Source: Macrostomum lignano (Eukaryota). Taken from it: a DNA stretch of 64,000 nt. Shown one piece after another: positions 21,449-34,400 of the stretch. The first letter of the stretch is position 1. Every line of letters starts with the position of its first letter. The position numbers were made by a program, and so were the translations under genes. The DNA lies in NCBI GenBank assembly GCA_002269645.1, contig NIVC01000867.1:248001-312000 (forward strand), read 5' to 3'. The notes below the pieces were generated by a model that was given only the letters and a program-made list of their open reading frames with translations, was not told where the DNA came from and searched no databases.

Positions 21449-22647
21449 AACTAATCAACAGGTTGCATCAGTTTCACGTTTAACACAGAAGGTTTTGTTA
21501 ATATGCGTAAAAATGCGTTAAACAGAAAAACTCTTGGCTTGTTTCTGAAGTGTTTTTAAGCTATGTTTATACATGTAACAAGTACGTATTTTATGCGATT
21601 TAAATAGCGTTGTAAATTTGCGCTTCAATGTAAAATTGATATTAAAGTATTTTACCTCTGTTGAATCTAATGAAATCCTGATTATTTAATCCCTAAGTTT
21701 AAAGGCCATAAAGACAAACGATAAATTGTCGCAAAAAGATGGTATTATAATTTTTTGTCGTTGAAAGATGTTGACAGATTGTGAAAATCAAGTCATTTAG
21801 TTATAGACTTGTTGTCAATATCAGGTCATTGATGGATGGCTTGTCAACACCAAGTCATTGGTAGATGGCTTGTCAACATCAGGTCATTGGTAGATGGCTT
21901 GTCAACATCAGGTCATTGGTAGATAGATTGTAAACATCAGGTCAATGGTAGATGGCTTGTCAACATCAAGTCATTGATAGATACATTGTAAACATCAGGT
22001 CATTGATAGATAGATTGTAAACATCAGGTCAATGGTAGATGGCTTGTCAACATCAAGTCATTGATAGATGGCTTGTCAACATCAAGTCATTGATAGATAG
22101 ATTGTAAACATCAGGTCAATGGTAGATGGCTTGTCAACATCAAGTCATTGATAGATAGATTATGAACATCAAGTCATTGATGGATGGATTGTAAACATCA
22201 AGTCATTGATGGATGGATTGTAAACATCAAGTCATTGATGGATGGATTGTAAACATCAAGTCATTGATGGATGGATTGTAAACATCAAGTCATTGATGGA
22301 TGTATTGTAAACATCAGGTCATTGGTAGATGGCTTGTCAACATCAAGTCATTGATAGACGGATTGTCAATATCAGGTCATTGATAGATGGATTGTAAACA
22401 TCAGGTCATTGGTAGATGGCTTGTCAACATCAAGGCATCGATAGATAGATTGTAAACATCACGTCATTGGTAGATGGCTTGTCAACATTAAGTCATTGAT
22501 AGATGGATTGTAAACATCAGGTCATTCTTGGTAGATGGCTTGTCAACATCAAGTCATTGGTAGATGGCTTGTCAACATCAAGTCATTGATATACGGATTG
22601 TCAATATCAGGTTATTTATAGATGGATTGTAAACATCAAGTCATTGA

Positions 22648-24720
22648 TGTGAAGTCTAGGTTTGCGTGCCGAGAAAGGTGGCCTCTGTGTGGCTTTGTTT
22701 GCTCAATATATTTATTAGTCAATATTGGGGGGTGGGGGTAAAGCGATGCGTGATTGGTCGAGAATCGGTAAACAAGTTTAGGCGAGAGGGTGAGTCATGA
22801 ATAATGTGAGGCAGAGAGTGTAGCGTACGACCTACATCCTTCCCCAGGTGAATAAAAGTTCACATGAAACAGAGAATAAAACCAGAACACTTTAAATTAA
22901 AGCAAGCGAGAATTTAATCAGGGAGAGTAAAATCAATAATTACGAATTCGAGTGCGCAAGTAGTCGATAGCAGAGATTATAAAAATTGTGACGAGTGTAA
23001 TGTAAAATTCAGCGAAGCTTGAGCGCATTGAGCTGGGTTGTTAAGTTCTGCAGCAATGAATCGAATGCATTGAAAAAGTTTCAACTAAATTTATAGGTAC
23101 GACACGAGAGGGTTTACAGAAAGCAATCAATAGCCGGTGCAAATTATTCGCATTAATTGTATTTGCCCTGGCCACTCAGTCTGATGTTGCTCCGCGGCGC
23201 CCCTGTGAGGCCAGAGTTGCCAGCCCGATTCGCCCGCGTTCCGCTCCGCTCCAGTCCGGCCGGTCCCGCCGCTGCGTTGTCCGACCATCAGATAGTCGTA
23301 GGTCTCTCGTTGAGCTCATGGGGCTTGGCGCTCGCCGTTGGTGTCCCTGGAAGCAGGAGCTGCGTGACGGAGGCCCGATGCGCAGGATGCCCAGCTCTTC
23401 GCTCGTCTCCCTCCCAATGATCGTCGTTGCCGCTTCCCTCACGATGATGAAGTTGATGCTGGCGCTGATGTTGTAGACGGCGGTCCGCAGCCTGGCCATC
23501 CCGAGCGTGGCCAGTGGCTTCCTGGAGCCGAACGGGTGCACTCGACGCTTGCATGCCTGGAGATCCCTTGCCCTGCCTCCGATGGACCAGAAGGTCTTCA
23601 GGCTCATCAGGTTGCAGCCGGCGCCGCTGTCGATCAGAAGGTCGGCTTTGCGGCTCCTGATGGCCGCCCTGACGCGCGGCAGGCGATTCCTTCGGGATTC
23701 GAGACAGAAAACCTCGCAGCTGCTCTCCAGGTCCTCTGGCTCGGCTCGCCCCTGGGCCGATACCACATGCACTTTCTCCTCGAATCCCCCGGGGCTGGAC
23801 AAGCAAGCCTTCGCCAGGTGTCCGATTTTGTTGCATTTATGGCAGGTTTTCCCTCTTGCCAATTCGCACGTGCGGTGGCCCAGCTCTCCACACCGAATGC
23901 ATTTGGCTTCCGATTGGGACTCCTGGCCGTGGCGCTTTCGCTGGATCCAGTTTATCGTCTCGTTGTTTCGCGCTTCGATGGCTGCTGACTGAAGTTCCGC
24001 CGCCTCGAAGGCTCTTGCTTGCTGCAGTGCGTCCTTGAGGCTGACGTTGCGAGTTTGCAGGAGTGTCCGCCGGAGCTGGGCGGATCTGCAGCCGGCCACT
24101 ATTTGGTCACGGATGAGCAAGTCGCGCTGGGACCCGAACTCGCAGCCATCGGCGGCAGCGTAGAGGCGCTGTGTCCAGGCGTCCAGTGACTCGCCAGTTT
24201 GCTGCGTGCAGTGCCGGAATTCGTACCTGACAAACACAGGGTTGTGCCTGTCGCTGTAGTGAGTCCTGAATGCCTCAATCAGATCGTCAAGAGACTTTCC
24301 AGTTCTATTCAACTCTTTGAATGTGTCCGCCAGCTGCTTGCCGCCTATGTAGAGAAGAATTTCGCGCTGCTGGTAGGCACTTGTGATGCCACTGGCTGTG
24401 ACAAACCTTTTGAAACGGCCGGACCACTCCTCCCACTTTGCGGAGAGGTTGTGCTGTTCTGCCTGTTCGTTAAACTGCTCAGGCGGGGGTAGCTGCAGAG
24501 GCACAGACATTCTGACTGCTTGCGATGCCAATGTGAAGTCTAGGTTTGCGTGCCGAGAAAGGTGGCCTCTGTGTGGCTTTGTTTGCTCAATATATTTATT
24601 AGTCAATATTGGGGGGTGGGGGTAAAGCGATGCGTGATTGGTCGAGAATCGGTAAACAAGTTTAGGCGAGAGGGTGAGTCATGAATAATGTGAGGCAGAG
24701 AGTGTAGCGTACGACCTACA
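22648..24720 (-). mobile_element. Non-autonomous Ty3/gypsy-type LTR retrotransposon (gag + protease only), 2073 bp
   Basis: 189-bp LTRs at 22648-22836 and 24532-24720, identical by eye, TG...CA termini, AATAAA on the - strand. 5-bp TSD ATTGA (22643-22647 and 24721-24725). PBS-like TGGCATCGCAAGCAG directly after the 5' LTR, PPT GGGGAAGGA directly before the 3' LTR. No RT, RNase H or integrase motifs found. Confidence 0.95.
23176..24510 (-). CDS. gag: Gag-protease polyprotein of the LTR element (444 aa)
   Basis: Starts MSVPLQLPPPEQF...KWEEWSGRFKRFV (gypsy-type gag). Zinc knuckles CIRCGELGHRTC and CHKCNKIGHLAKAC. Aspartic protease LIDSGAGCNLM and IIGRE. Ends in a low-complexity tail. Confidence 0.92.
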   Translation of the reverse strand: MSVPLQLPPPEQFNEQAEQHNLSAKWEEWSGRFKRFVTASGITSAYQQREILLYIGGKQLADTFKELNRTGKSLDDLIEAFRTHYSDRHNPVFVRYEFRHCTQQTGESLDAWTQRLYAAADGCEFGSQRDLLIRDQIVAGCRSAQLRRTLLQTRNVSLKDALQQARAFEAAELQSAAIEARNNETINWIQRKRHGQESQSEAKCIRCGELGHRTCELARGKTCHKCNKIGHLAKACLSSPGGFEEKVHVVSAQGRAEPEDLESSCEVFCLESRRNRLPRVRAAIRSRKADLLIDSGAGCNLMSLKTFWSIGGRARDLQACKRRVHPFGSRKPLATLGMARLRTAVYNISASINFIIVREAATTIIGRETSEELGILRIGPPSRSSCFQGHQRRAPSPMSSTRDLRLSDGRTTQRRDRPDWSGAERGRIGLATLASQGRRGATSD

Positions 24721-25490
24721 ATTGATAGATGGATTGTAAACATCAAGTAATTGATAGATGGATTGTAAACATCAAGTCATTGATATACGGATTGTCAATA
24801 TCAGGTTATTTATAGATGGATTGTAAACATCAAGTCATTGATAGATGGATTGTAAACATCAGGTCATTGATAGATAGATTGTAAACATCATGTCATTGGT
24901 AGATGGCTTGTCAACATCAAGTCATTGATAGATGGAATGCAATAAGTTTTCATTAGTAGACTTTGGTGATTAACCGTGCGCCCAAAACCTGTCGCAAGTC
25001 TACACAGGTTGCAGCACAGGGGTCACTGTGAGGGCAAGTGTCAGCCAACCTGCTTGCTTTGATCCTGCTGCAAAATGTTAATCGGAAATGCAAAGTCATT
25101 CGGGCTTCTTTTGCTTCTGGCAGCCAGAATTGCGATTCCCTTGCCGGGGGCCGAAATTCTCACTGAGGATTTTTTGCCTTGAAATGATCAAGGAATTGGG
25201 ATTGGCTCGGTCCTCTCTTCTCTCTTCTCTACCCTCTCTCCTCCTCTCCCCTCTCTTGTCTGTGCTTCGACGAGATCCTTCGTGTATTTCTCTTACCCTG
25301 GGTTTTTAGGGCCGCGTGTGCGACTTCGGCCAGGACCCAGCAGTAGGATACATGTAAAAGGAGACAGGATCGCTCTGGAAAAGCACTGCAAAGAGACGCC
25401 AGTTTACTGACAAAAGGCTTTTTGGTGGCGTCGCTCTGCATAGAATCGATAAATATTAGTCTTATAACATACTGCAGGTAGAAGTTTAAC

Positions 25491-28400
25491 ATGTCACCGA
25501 ATTCCAGCTTAGCTAAAAGATTGATGCCTCTGTTAATGTTTATCAACATTGGACTTCTGATGCTATTACCTCTTCAAGGTGAGTTATTTGCACGTAAATT
25601 TTTGCTTTAATAATTGAAGGATTAACATAGGGACTAAGGTGCTCTTACACTATAGAGTTTTTCTTGCTAAATTAACAAGGTTTCGACTTTTCTAGACTTT
25701 CTAGATACAATCTAGATAACAATTAGCTCAAAATAAAACGAACATAATTCACTGATTCCTGCTGCTTTAATCAAGTTACAGAAATTAATCATGTAGGATT
25801 TTACGTGAGTATATTTTGCTTTTGTGTGTCAGCTTCATCATTGCGCTCGATGACTATAAAGTGCAAAGTTCATTAAGATTCTGTAGAAGGAAGGGGAGCA
25901 TGCAATAAAGTGCCGACGTCTCTAGGCTGAGATTGGGGCACAGGAATTTGAATAAAATTATTGAGGACGCGCCAATCTTTTATAAGCTTTTATAAATTTA
26001 TGGCAGAGTCAGTTGAATTCATATGAACTGATTTCTAGACTGCAATAAAACTTACATTATCATTAGAGCCAGTTAGAATTCTGCATTGCCACCATTTGCC
26101 AGAAAATGGTGCCAGCATTAGCTGGGGTAATTGTGTGTGTGGCGACCCCCCAGTCCTTGGACTGAACAGCCGTACGCAGCCTTCAGATGCGCCGCGCAAT
26201 AGCTGCGGCTGAGCTGTCGGTTGCATATCTCAGGTGTATTCAATCATTCAATCAATTTCTTTTCCGTACTTAAGTTAGACAGATATTAAACAAGAAAATA
26301 AACTTTGATTAATTTGCCCCACTATGAGCTATAAAGTGCTTTTGCTATGCAATAGTCAGATTTCGTCTTCTCAGAAGTCAAGAGGGGATTTAAAAGATAG
26401 AATTTTCGAATTTAGTGACAGACGCCTAGCTATACTTTTTGACAATGTAGTTTCGAGGTGATGACGTATCGGGGCATCTAGATTCCACGTTATTAAGATT
26501 AGAGTTTAGGAAGATTCGAGCCTGTGAAGCTTCGAGTTTGTGAAGCTTCGAGTTTGTGAAGATTCGGGTTTGTGAAGATTCGAGTTTGTGAGGGTTCGAG
26601 TTCGTGAAGATTCGAGTTTACAAGATTCGAGTTTACAAGATTCGAGTTTGTGAATTTTCGAGTTTGTGAAGATTCAAGTTTGTGAATTTTCGAGCTTGTG
26701 AAGATTCGAGTTTGTGAAGATTCGGGTTTGTGAAGATTCGAGGTTGGGAAGATTCGAGGTTGGGAAGATTCGAGGTTGGGAAGATTCGAGTTTGTGAAGA
26801 TTTGAGTTTGTGAAGATTCGGGTTTGTGAAGCTTCGAGTTTGTGAAGATTCGGGTTTGTGAAGATTCGAGGTTGGGAAGATTCAAGTTTGTGAAGATTCG
26901 GGTTTGCGAAGATTCGAGTTTGTGAAGCTTCGAGTTTGTGAAGATTCGAGTTTGTGAAGCATCGAGTTTGTGAAGCTTCCGGTTTGTGAAGCTTCGAGTT
27001 TGTGAAGATTCGAGGTTGGGAAGATTCGAGTTTTTGAAGATTCGAGTTTGTGAAGCATCGAGTTTGTGAAGCTTCCGGTTTGTGAAGCTTCGAGTTTGTG
27101 AAGATTCGAGGTTGGGAAGATTCGAGTTTGTGAAGATTCGAGTTTGTGAAGCATCGAGTTTGTGAAGCTTCCGGTTTGTGAAGCTTCGAGTTTGTGAAGA
27201 TTCGAGGTTGGGAAGATTCGAGTTTGTGAAGATTCGAGTTTGTGAAGCATCGAGTTTGTGAAGCTTCGAGTTTGTGAAGATTCGAGTTTGTGAAGCTTCG
27301 AGTTTGTGAAGATTCGAGGTTGGGAAGATTCGAGTTTGTGAAGATTCGAGTTTTTGAATATTTGAGTTCTTGAATATTTGAGTTCTTGAATATTTGAGTT
27401 CTTGAATATTTGAGATTTTGAATATTTGAGTTTGTGAATTTTCGAATTTTTGATGATTCGAGTTTGTGAAGCTTCGAGTTTCGAGCAGTTTCGAGCTGTT
27501 ATCTCTAGGCCCAATTCTGCAGAAATAGTCTCTTGCACAGTCCCAATGCCGCAATGACCTGATAGTCTCTCTTAACTCTCTCTGTCTCTGTACCATATAA
27601 TCCATGTAATTGCACATGCGACCAACTGGAGTATAAATATTTCGAGATAAACAGCTCGAACATATGATTGGTGTTATGCTTCAGTTGAGCTGGAAAATAT
27701 TGCCATACTAGTGGGCTACTATTCGGGCGCCAGAATAAAAACAGCGAGTGGAAAGTGCTGGAGGGGAAGAGGGAGGCGCGGTAAGAGTGGGAGACACGAG
27801 GCGCAGCAGGAATGGGTAGGCTTCATCCGGTATGGAAGCTGGTAGCCGCTGCGATGCATTAGAGAGTTCGGCATCGGGGGAGAAAGGGATTTGATAATCT
27901 GGGCCCAGCGCTCTGCCAGTTTTGAAGGCTTGCGCGGAGAGAGGAAAAACAGATTGACTGTAGAGCCGAGCTTTGGGTGGACAGACTAAGCTGTGTGACA
28001 TGGGACATGTGCAACGGCTGAAAATAAACCAGCCAGAAAGCCTACGGGGCCTGATCGACTCAAAATCTTAATTCACATTTCTCTGCTTTGCTGACTTCTC
28101 TGCTCTTTCTTGCATCTTTCATTATGAAATGGATTTCTGAGCTAAAGCAGGGGTGCAATTCCGTCTGAAGTTTAATCATGAACTCACTCATGATCTCACT
28201 CATGAAATCACTCATGATCTCACTCATGATCTCACTCATGAAATCACTCATGAACTCACTCATGAACTCACTCATGAACTCACTCATGAACTCACTCATG
28301 AACTCACTCATGAACTCACTCATGATCTCACTCATGAACTCACTCATGAACTCACTCATGAAATCACTCATGATCTCACTCATGATCTCACTCATGAAAT

Positions 28401-31400
28401 CACTCATGAAATCACTCACACACTCACTCATGAACTCACTCATGATCTCACTCATGAACTCACTCATGATCTCACTCATGAAATCACTCATGAACTCACT
28501 CATGAAATCACTCATGAACTCACTCATGAAATCACTCATGAACTCACTCATGAACTCACTCATGAACTCACTCATGAACTCACTCATGAAATCACTCATG
28601 AACTCACTCATGAACTCACTCATGAAATCACTCATGATCTCACTCATGAAATCACTCATGATCTCACTCATGAACTCACTCATGAACTCACTCATGAACT
28701 CACTCATGAACTCACTCATGAACTCACTCATGAACTCACTCATGAACTCACTCATGAACTCACTTATGAACTCACTCATGAACTCACTCATGAAATCACT
28801 CATGAACTCACTCATGAACTCACTCATGAACTCACTCATGAACTCACTCATGAAATCACTCATGAACTCACTCACACACTCACTCATGAAATCACTCATG
28901 AACTCAATCATGAACTCACTCATGAACTCACTCATGAACTCACTCATGAACTCACTCATGAACTCACTCATGAACTCACTCATGAACTCACTCATGAAAT
29001 CACTCATGAACTTACTCATGAACTTACTCACAAACTCTATTAGGAAATCAACAATGAATTCATTTATTAACTGATTAAAAGTCGTTAAAATCAGTCGTAT
29101 AAAATAGACGCTAAGGACAAGTATTGTACATAAGTTGCATGCATAAAAAATGGTCCTTTGTGTCAAGCACTTGACAGCAGTCAATCTTGATCGGGATGAG
29201 GGTGCATGCAAGTGAGCACTTGAGCAGCAGTCAGGAGATTATACTGAATTGACTTCAAAATAATTCTTCCCAGTGAAATAATGAAGATTTTGCTAACTGA
29301 ATCAGATTGCTAGGGGTATAAAAGATTAAGCCAGCAGTTTTGATTAGTGTGAAGTATAATACTAGTATATACTGGCTTTGCGAGGGATTACTGGGAAGCT
29401 AAGACTGGGGATTACGTATGATTTCGGTCAAGGCCTCTCTGCACAACAGAAAATACATAGTAACTCTATTTATTTGGGAAGTTCTATGCACACTTGACAT
29501 AGTGCCATACTTCAAACCCTGCCTCGGATCTTTAGAGGGTATTAATCGTGCGCTATGTACACTCTCTGATCGGTCTTGAAGGGGTGTTTTTCTCATATTC
29601 TGATTCTTCATTATTTGGGTATTTAGCCACGTTTTGCAATTAGTTATTAGAAGTACTAATGCATCACACCAAATATTTCAGGGGCAATTCTCGAATTTGA
29701 TCTTCTGAGGGTATTTATCCCACATCCTGGATCTTTGGAACGGTATTTACATGCATATAATCGAACATCTTGGATCTCCGGAAGGGTGTTTATCTAACCG
29801 AACATCCTGGATCTCAATAAGGGTATCTATTCAACATCCCGGATCTCAAGAAGGGTATTTATATAACCGAACATCCTGGATCTCTAGAGGGTATTTATTT
29901 CTCGCCAGGAAATACTCAGAGGGTATTTGTCGCATACCAAAATCCTCGTTCTTGTACCCGTATCTTCGTATAAAGCTAAGCGTGACTTTTGTGTCCAAAT
30001 AAGAACACCCAGAAACAAGCAGATTAACAATGCAAATCTTCAGCCTCGGGCCTGCGCAAAGGCATGTTCCGCCGGAAGGACCGGGGCGGCAGCCGCGGCA
30101 GCGACGGAAGCGGCGGAGACAGCGGGCCGTTGAGCCGCAGCTGGCCTTGGCACTCGTTGAACGCCAGCGAGATGGAGAACCGCAGCTTCGAATACCAGAT
30201 CAAGGCTACCATCATGGACAGCTATCAGAAAGTGTCCCGGCCAGTGTTGAACGATAGCGAGCCGGTTGTGGCATTTGTTGGATTCTCGCTCTTTCATATT
30301 TTGGACACGGTGAGTTAAAGTACATGATGAACTAGTTCTGAGTAAAGCAACCATTTACACACAGAAGTGACGTCACTCGTCGCGGCATTGCTCCTATGTT
30401 TTTATTGGCTGCTATTTTTAGCAACCATGAAATATAGCCGAGCACGTGACCAATCTAGGCAGCCAATAAAATGTGGTTAAACATCGCCCTTGTTGCAATC
30501 AAATTGAACTGTAAGTACATATCCGCGAAAGACCCCATCGCAGATGTTCAGACACCGCCATTTTATGGCGATCATTTGAATTCCTGTTTTACCAGCTGCT
30601 AGGCACCTGTTGTTTTGATAAATAACAGAACAGAGAGGAAAAAGTATGAAAAGGGAAAACCTTGTTTTTCCATTCATATTTTGCGTTTCCATCAAGAAAG
30701 GTGGCAGCAGAGGGCCGGCACTGTTTTTCCACTCGTAATTAATCATTTGCACAGATTATTTGGCTGCAAAAGACCTCACACTAGTGAATACTTGTGTATA
30801 ATCTGTAAAAGTACACGCGATCAGATTAATGAATTCAGCTGCCTCGGCACGCAGAACAAGTTCCTAGTTGGAATTCAAGCTCGCTTAGTTAACTTTTCCA
30901 TCAAAGATTCATAGTATATCAGCTTGGATGGAGATCGGCATGCTGTACTGTATAATTAAGGCTCCCTGTTCGGAGTAGCTAAAGAGAGAGAATCAAACGA
31001 CTCAGATCGTATCCTTTCTATATATACGTAAGATGTTTAGTCCGTATTGCGATGCCAAAAAAAGAGAGAGAGACAGCATGTAGCATCGCCAGCGGGAGTA
31101 GAGGAAGTAAATTTATATAGAAGACCTCGATCGCTTGTGTAGGGAACTTCCACTTCCTTCTAGAAGAGGAAACTCGTGGAGTGAGGGCAATTTCGTTTGA
31201 CCTAAACATTGCATGAAGGAAGTAGGAAAGAGGGACTACTTGGCTTGAAGGCACTGCACAGGCGGTGGGGACAGCAAATACCAAAACTTTTTTTCCGCAG
31301 CGTTTCACTCCGTTTTGCTTATATTGGATAGAGTTCGTTGGCACTCCTACGAGTAAAGTGCATATATCCAGATATCATTTATCAATATAACAGACGCAAA

Positions 31401-34400
31401 ACGCTAACTTTCAATTTCAACAGGACGAAAAATACCAGACTATGAAGTCGCTGATTTCAGTTCGATTGGTAGGTGTTGAATCAATTTTAGCGTACCTAAT
31501 TGATATATTTCATATTATAATTCAGTAAAGTGAATAACTCGGTATCACAAAACAATAATCTCATCTCTCAGCGTTGGACAGACAGCTACTTGCAATGGGA
31601 CCCTGAAGAGTTCGGCAACACCAGCAAGATTTGGATCTCGGCCAGTAATCTCTGGCTACCGGATATCCTTATCAGCAACTAGTGAGTCTTTAAAGTAATA
31701 TTGTACGCAAGGATATATAGAATAACCATAGAATCCTACTTCTATCAAAATCAATTACAATTTTTCTGCTGAAAGAAATGACAAGCTCTTGTCTCCGCAA
31801 TGTCTTCTTTCGGTAAAACCTGCCTCCTAAAATTTCCCAAGAAACGTCGTAACCCGTCTTTCCTAAAAATTGTTAAAAACTTAACTTTTCCGTTCAAGCG
31901 CTGATGACGACTATAGCGAGCACATCAACACCAACGCCATCGTGAGCAGCGATGGCACAGTGCTGTGGATGTACCCCATGGTTACTAAAACCTATTGCGA
32001 ATTCGACATTGAACTGTTCCCATTCGACAGCCAGATCTGCAATGTGTCCTTCTTCTCCTGGACTTTCGGCAGCAGAATGGTGAGGGGTGAAAATGACATT
32101 CAGTGAATAGTCTATGGCAGAGGTCGGAAAACTCCGGCTGTTCAGTCCAAGGACTGGGGGGGGGGGTCGCCACACACACGCCCTCAATTACCCCAGCTAA
32201 TGCTGGCACCCATTTTACAGCTGGATGAACTGAAGCAATGCAGAGTTATGTGTCATGCTCAAGGACACAAAATGTTCCGATTGGGTCGAGAATCGAACCT
32301 CCGACCTTTCAGTCGTGAGTCAGACACTCAAACCACTAGACTACAATCCCTCTTACATCCATGTTCAAATTGCTACAAGTATCGGTTAAGTGTTGTCTAT
32401 GCGTGGAATGATAGACCTTACGGGACAAAAAATGAACTGATTTTTTGAACCCTTCAGCTTGACCTCCACATAGACGAGAGCGTGACCAACAACAACTTCT
32501 ACAATCCCGAGGGCCAAGAATGGTTCGTAGAGAAGATCACCCACCTGAGAGAGGTGAAGATATTTGTCTGCTGCAAAGACGACCAGTTTCCCAATGTGCA
32601 CTATCGGATCCATATGCGCAGAAGAAGCCTGTTCTACATTATGAACTTGATATTCCCATGCCTGCTCATCTACTGTTGCTCATTTCTTGGATTCTTTCTG
32701 CCAGTGGAGTCTGGTGAGAAAGTGAACCTTGAAATCACTATCCTGTTGGCGCTGGTGGTGTTCCTCATCATTGCTGGGGAGGTGCTGCCGCCGACGCCTG
32801 ATGTTGTGCCAATACTGGGTGAGTTTATTGAATTAGGTCAATTAGGGCTACTAAAAGTACAAAAGTGGAATACCCCAGCTACTGGTAAGCAAGGGCGTAC
32901 TAGCTATCAAAGAGGAATTCCCTAGCTATCAAAGAGGAATTCCCTAGCTATTAAAGAAGAATTCCCTAGCTATCAAAGAGGAATTCCCTAGCTATCAAAG
33001 AGGAATTCCCTAGCTATTAAAGAGGAATTCCCTAGCTATCAAAGAGGAATTCCCTAGCTATCAAAGAGGAATTCCCTAGCTATCAAAGAGGAATTTCCTA
33101 GCTATCAAAGAGGAATTTCCTAGCTATCAAAGAGGAATTCCCTAGCTACCAAAAAGGAATTCCCTAGCTATCAAAGAGGAATTCCCTAGCTATCAAAGAG
33201 GAATTCCCTAGCTACCAAAAAGGAATTCCTTAGCTACCAAAAAGAAACTCTTCAGCTGCTATTCACACGGCAATGGGCTAAGGGAATTCCTCTTTGATAG
33301 CTAGGGAATTCCATTTAGGTAGCTAGGGAATTCCCTTTTTCGTAGCTAGGGAATTCGTCTTTGATAGCTAGGTTCACTTATTCATGGAACTAATAATCTT
33401 AAGAAACTAAGAAAAACTAAAAAGTCTAGTCAATATCACCGATTCAAATACTATCACAACCGTCAGGTCTGCTGTACGGCACATCAATGCTGATGGTGTC
33501 GGTGGCTCTGATCATGGCCGTCATAGTAACCAATCTCTATAGCAACGCCGCCAGACTTGATCGGCCCGTGCCAAAGCGGCTACTAAAAGCTTGTCGAGTA
33601 ATATTATTCTCCTGGTCTGTGCACTGCGTCAGAGGCGGCGACCGAGGCGACGGTGGAGTCGATGTTTCGTCGCCGCCCGCTGATGAGGAGGAGGCCTCAC
33701 CGGTGCTGTCTGGATACAGTGAGTTGTGGGACTGAGAATTGAATTGCCTCAAAGCTAAGGCTCTAAAAGTTTGTTTGGCGTCTCGATAGGTTTGATATTG
33801 GGTTCTAGAGGTCGATATTGGGTTCTAGAGGTCGATATTGGGTTCTAGAGGTCGATATTGGGTGCCAATATGGGTGCCAATATGGGTAGAGGTCAATATG
33901 GGTTCTAGAGGTTGATATTGGGTTCTAGAGGTCGACGTTGAATTGTAGAGGTCGACATTGAATTGTGGAGGTTGACATTGGGTTCTAGAGGTCAATATTG
34001 GGTCCTAGAGGTCGATATTGGGTTCTAGATGTCGACATCTGGTTCCAGAGGTCGATATTTTTGGATCTAGAGGTCAATATTGATCCAGAGTCGATATTGG
34101 GTTCTAGAGGTCAATACTGGTTCTACAGGTACTGGAGTTATTAGAGGTCGATACTGGTTCTAGAAGTCCATATTGGTTTTAGAGGTCGATATTGGTTCTA
34201 GAGGTCGATATTTGGTTCTAGAGGTCGACATCTGGTTTCAGAGGTCGACATCTGGTTTCAGAGGTCGACATTGTGTTCTAGAGGTCGATACTGGGTTTTA
34301 GAGGTCAATATTTTGTTCTAGAGGTCGATATTGGGTTCTAGAGGTCAATATTGGTTCAATAGGTCGACATTCATTTCTAGAGGTCGATATTGGGTTCTAG

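Larger units (their letters stand above)
21805..24940. repeat. 29-bp minisatellite GTCATTGATAGATGGATTGTAAACATCAA, split by the LTR element
   Basis: Array present at about 21805-22647 and 24721-24940. Confidence 0.93.

Noticed and set aside
24511-24606. Upstream start MTNKYIEQ of the 476-aa gag ORF
   Set aside because: Lies in the LTR and PBS; the Met at 24510 matches the usual gag start.
27700-28030. GC-rich island with a 97-aa minus-strand ORF
   Set aside because: No recognisable motif, splice partner or repeat match; cannot be supported.
26499-29211. LRR-looking (NLHKLESSQTRIF) and HELT/MSEF ORFs
   Set aside because: 16-bp and 12-bp DNA tandem repeats in nAChR intron 1; periodicity is at the nucleotide level and several frames are open.
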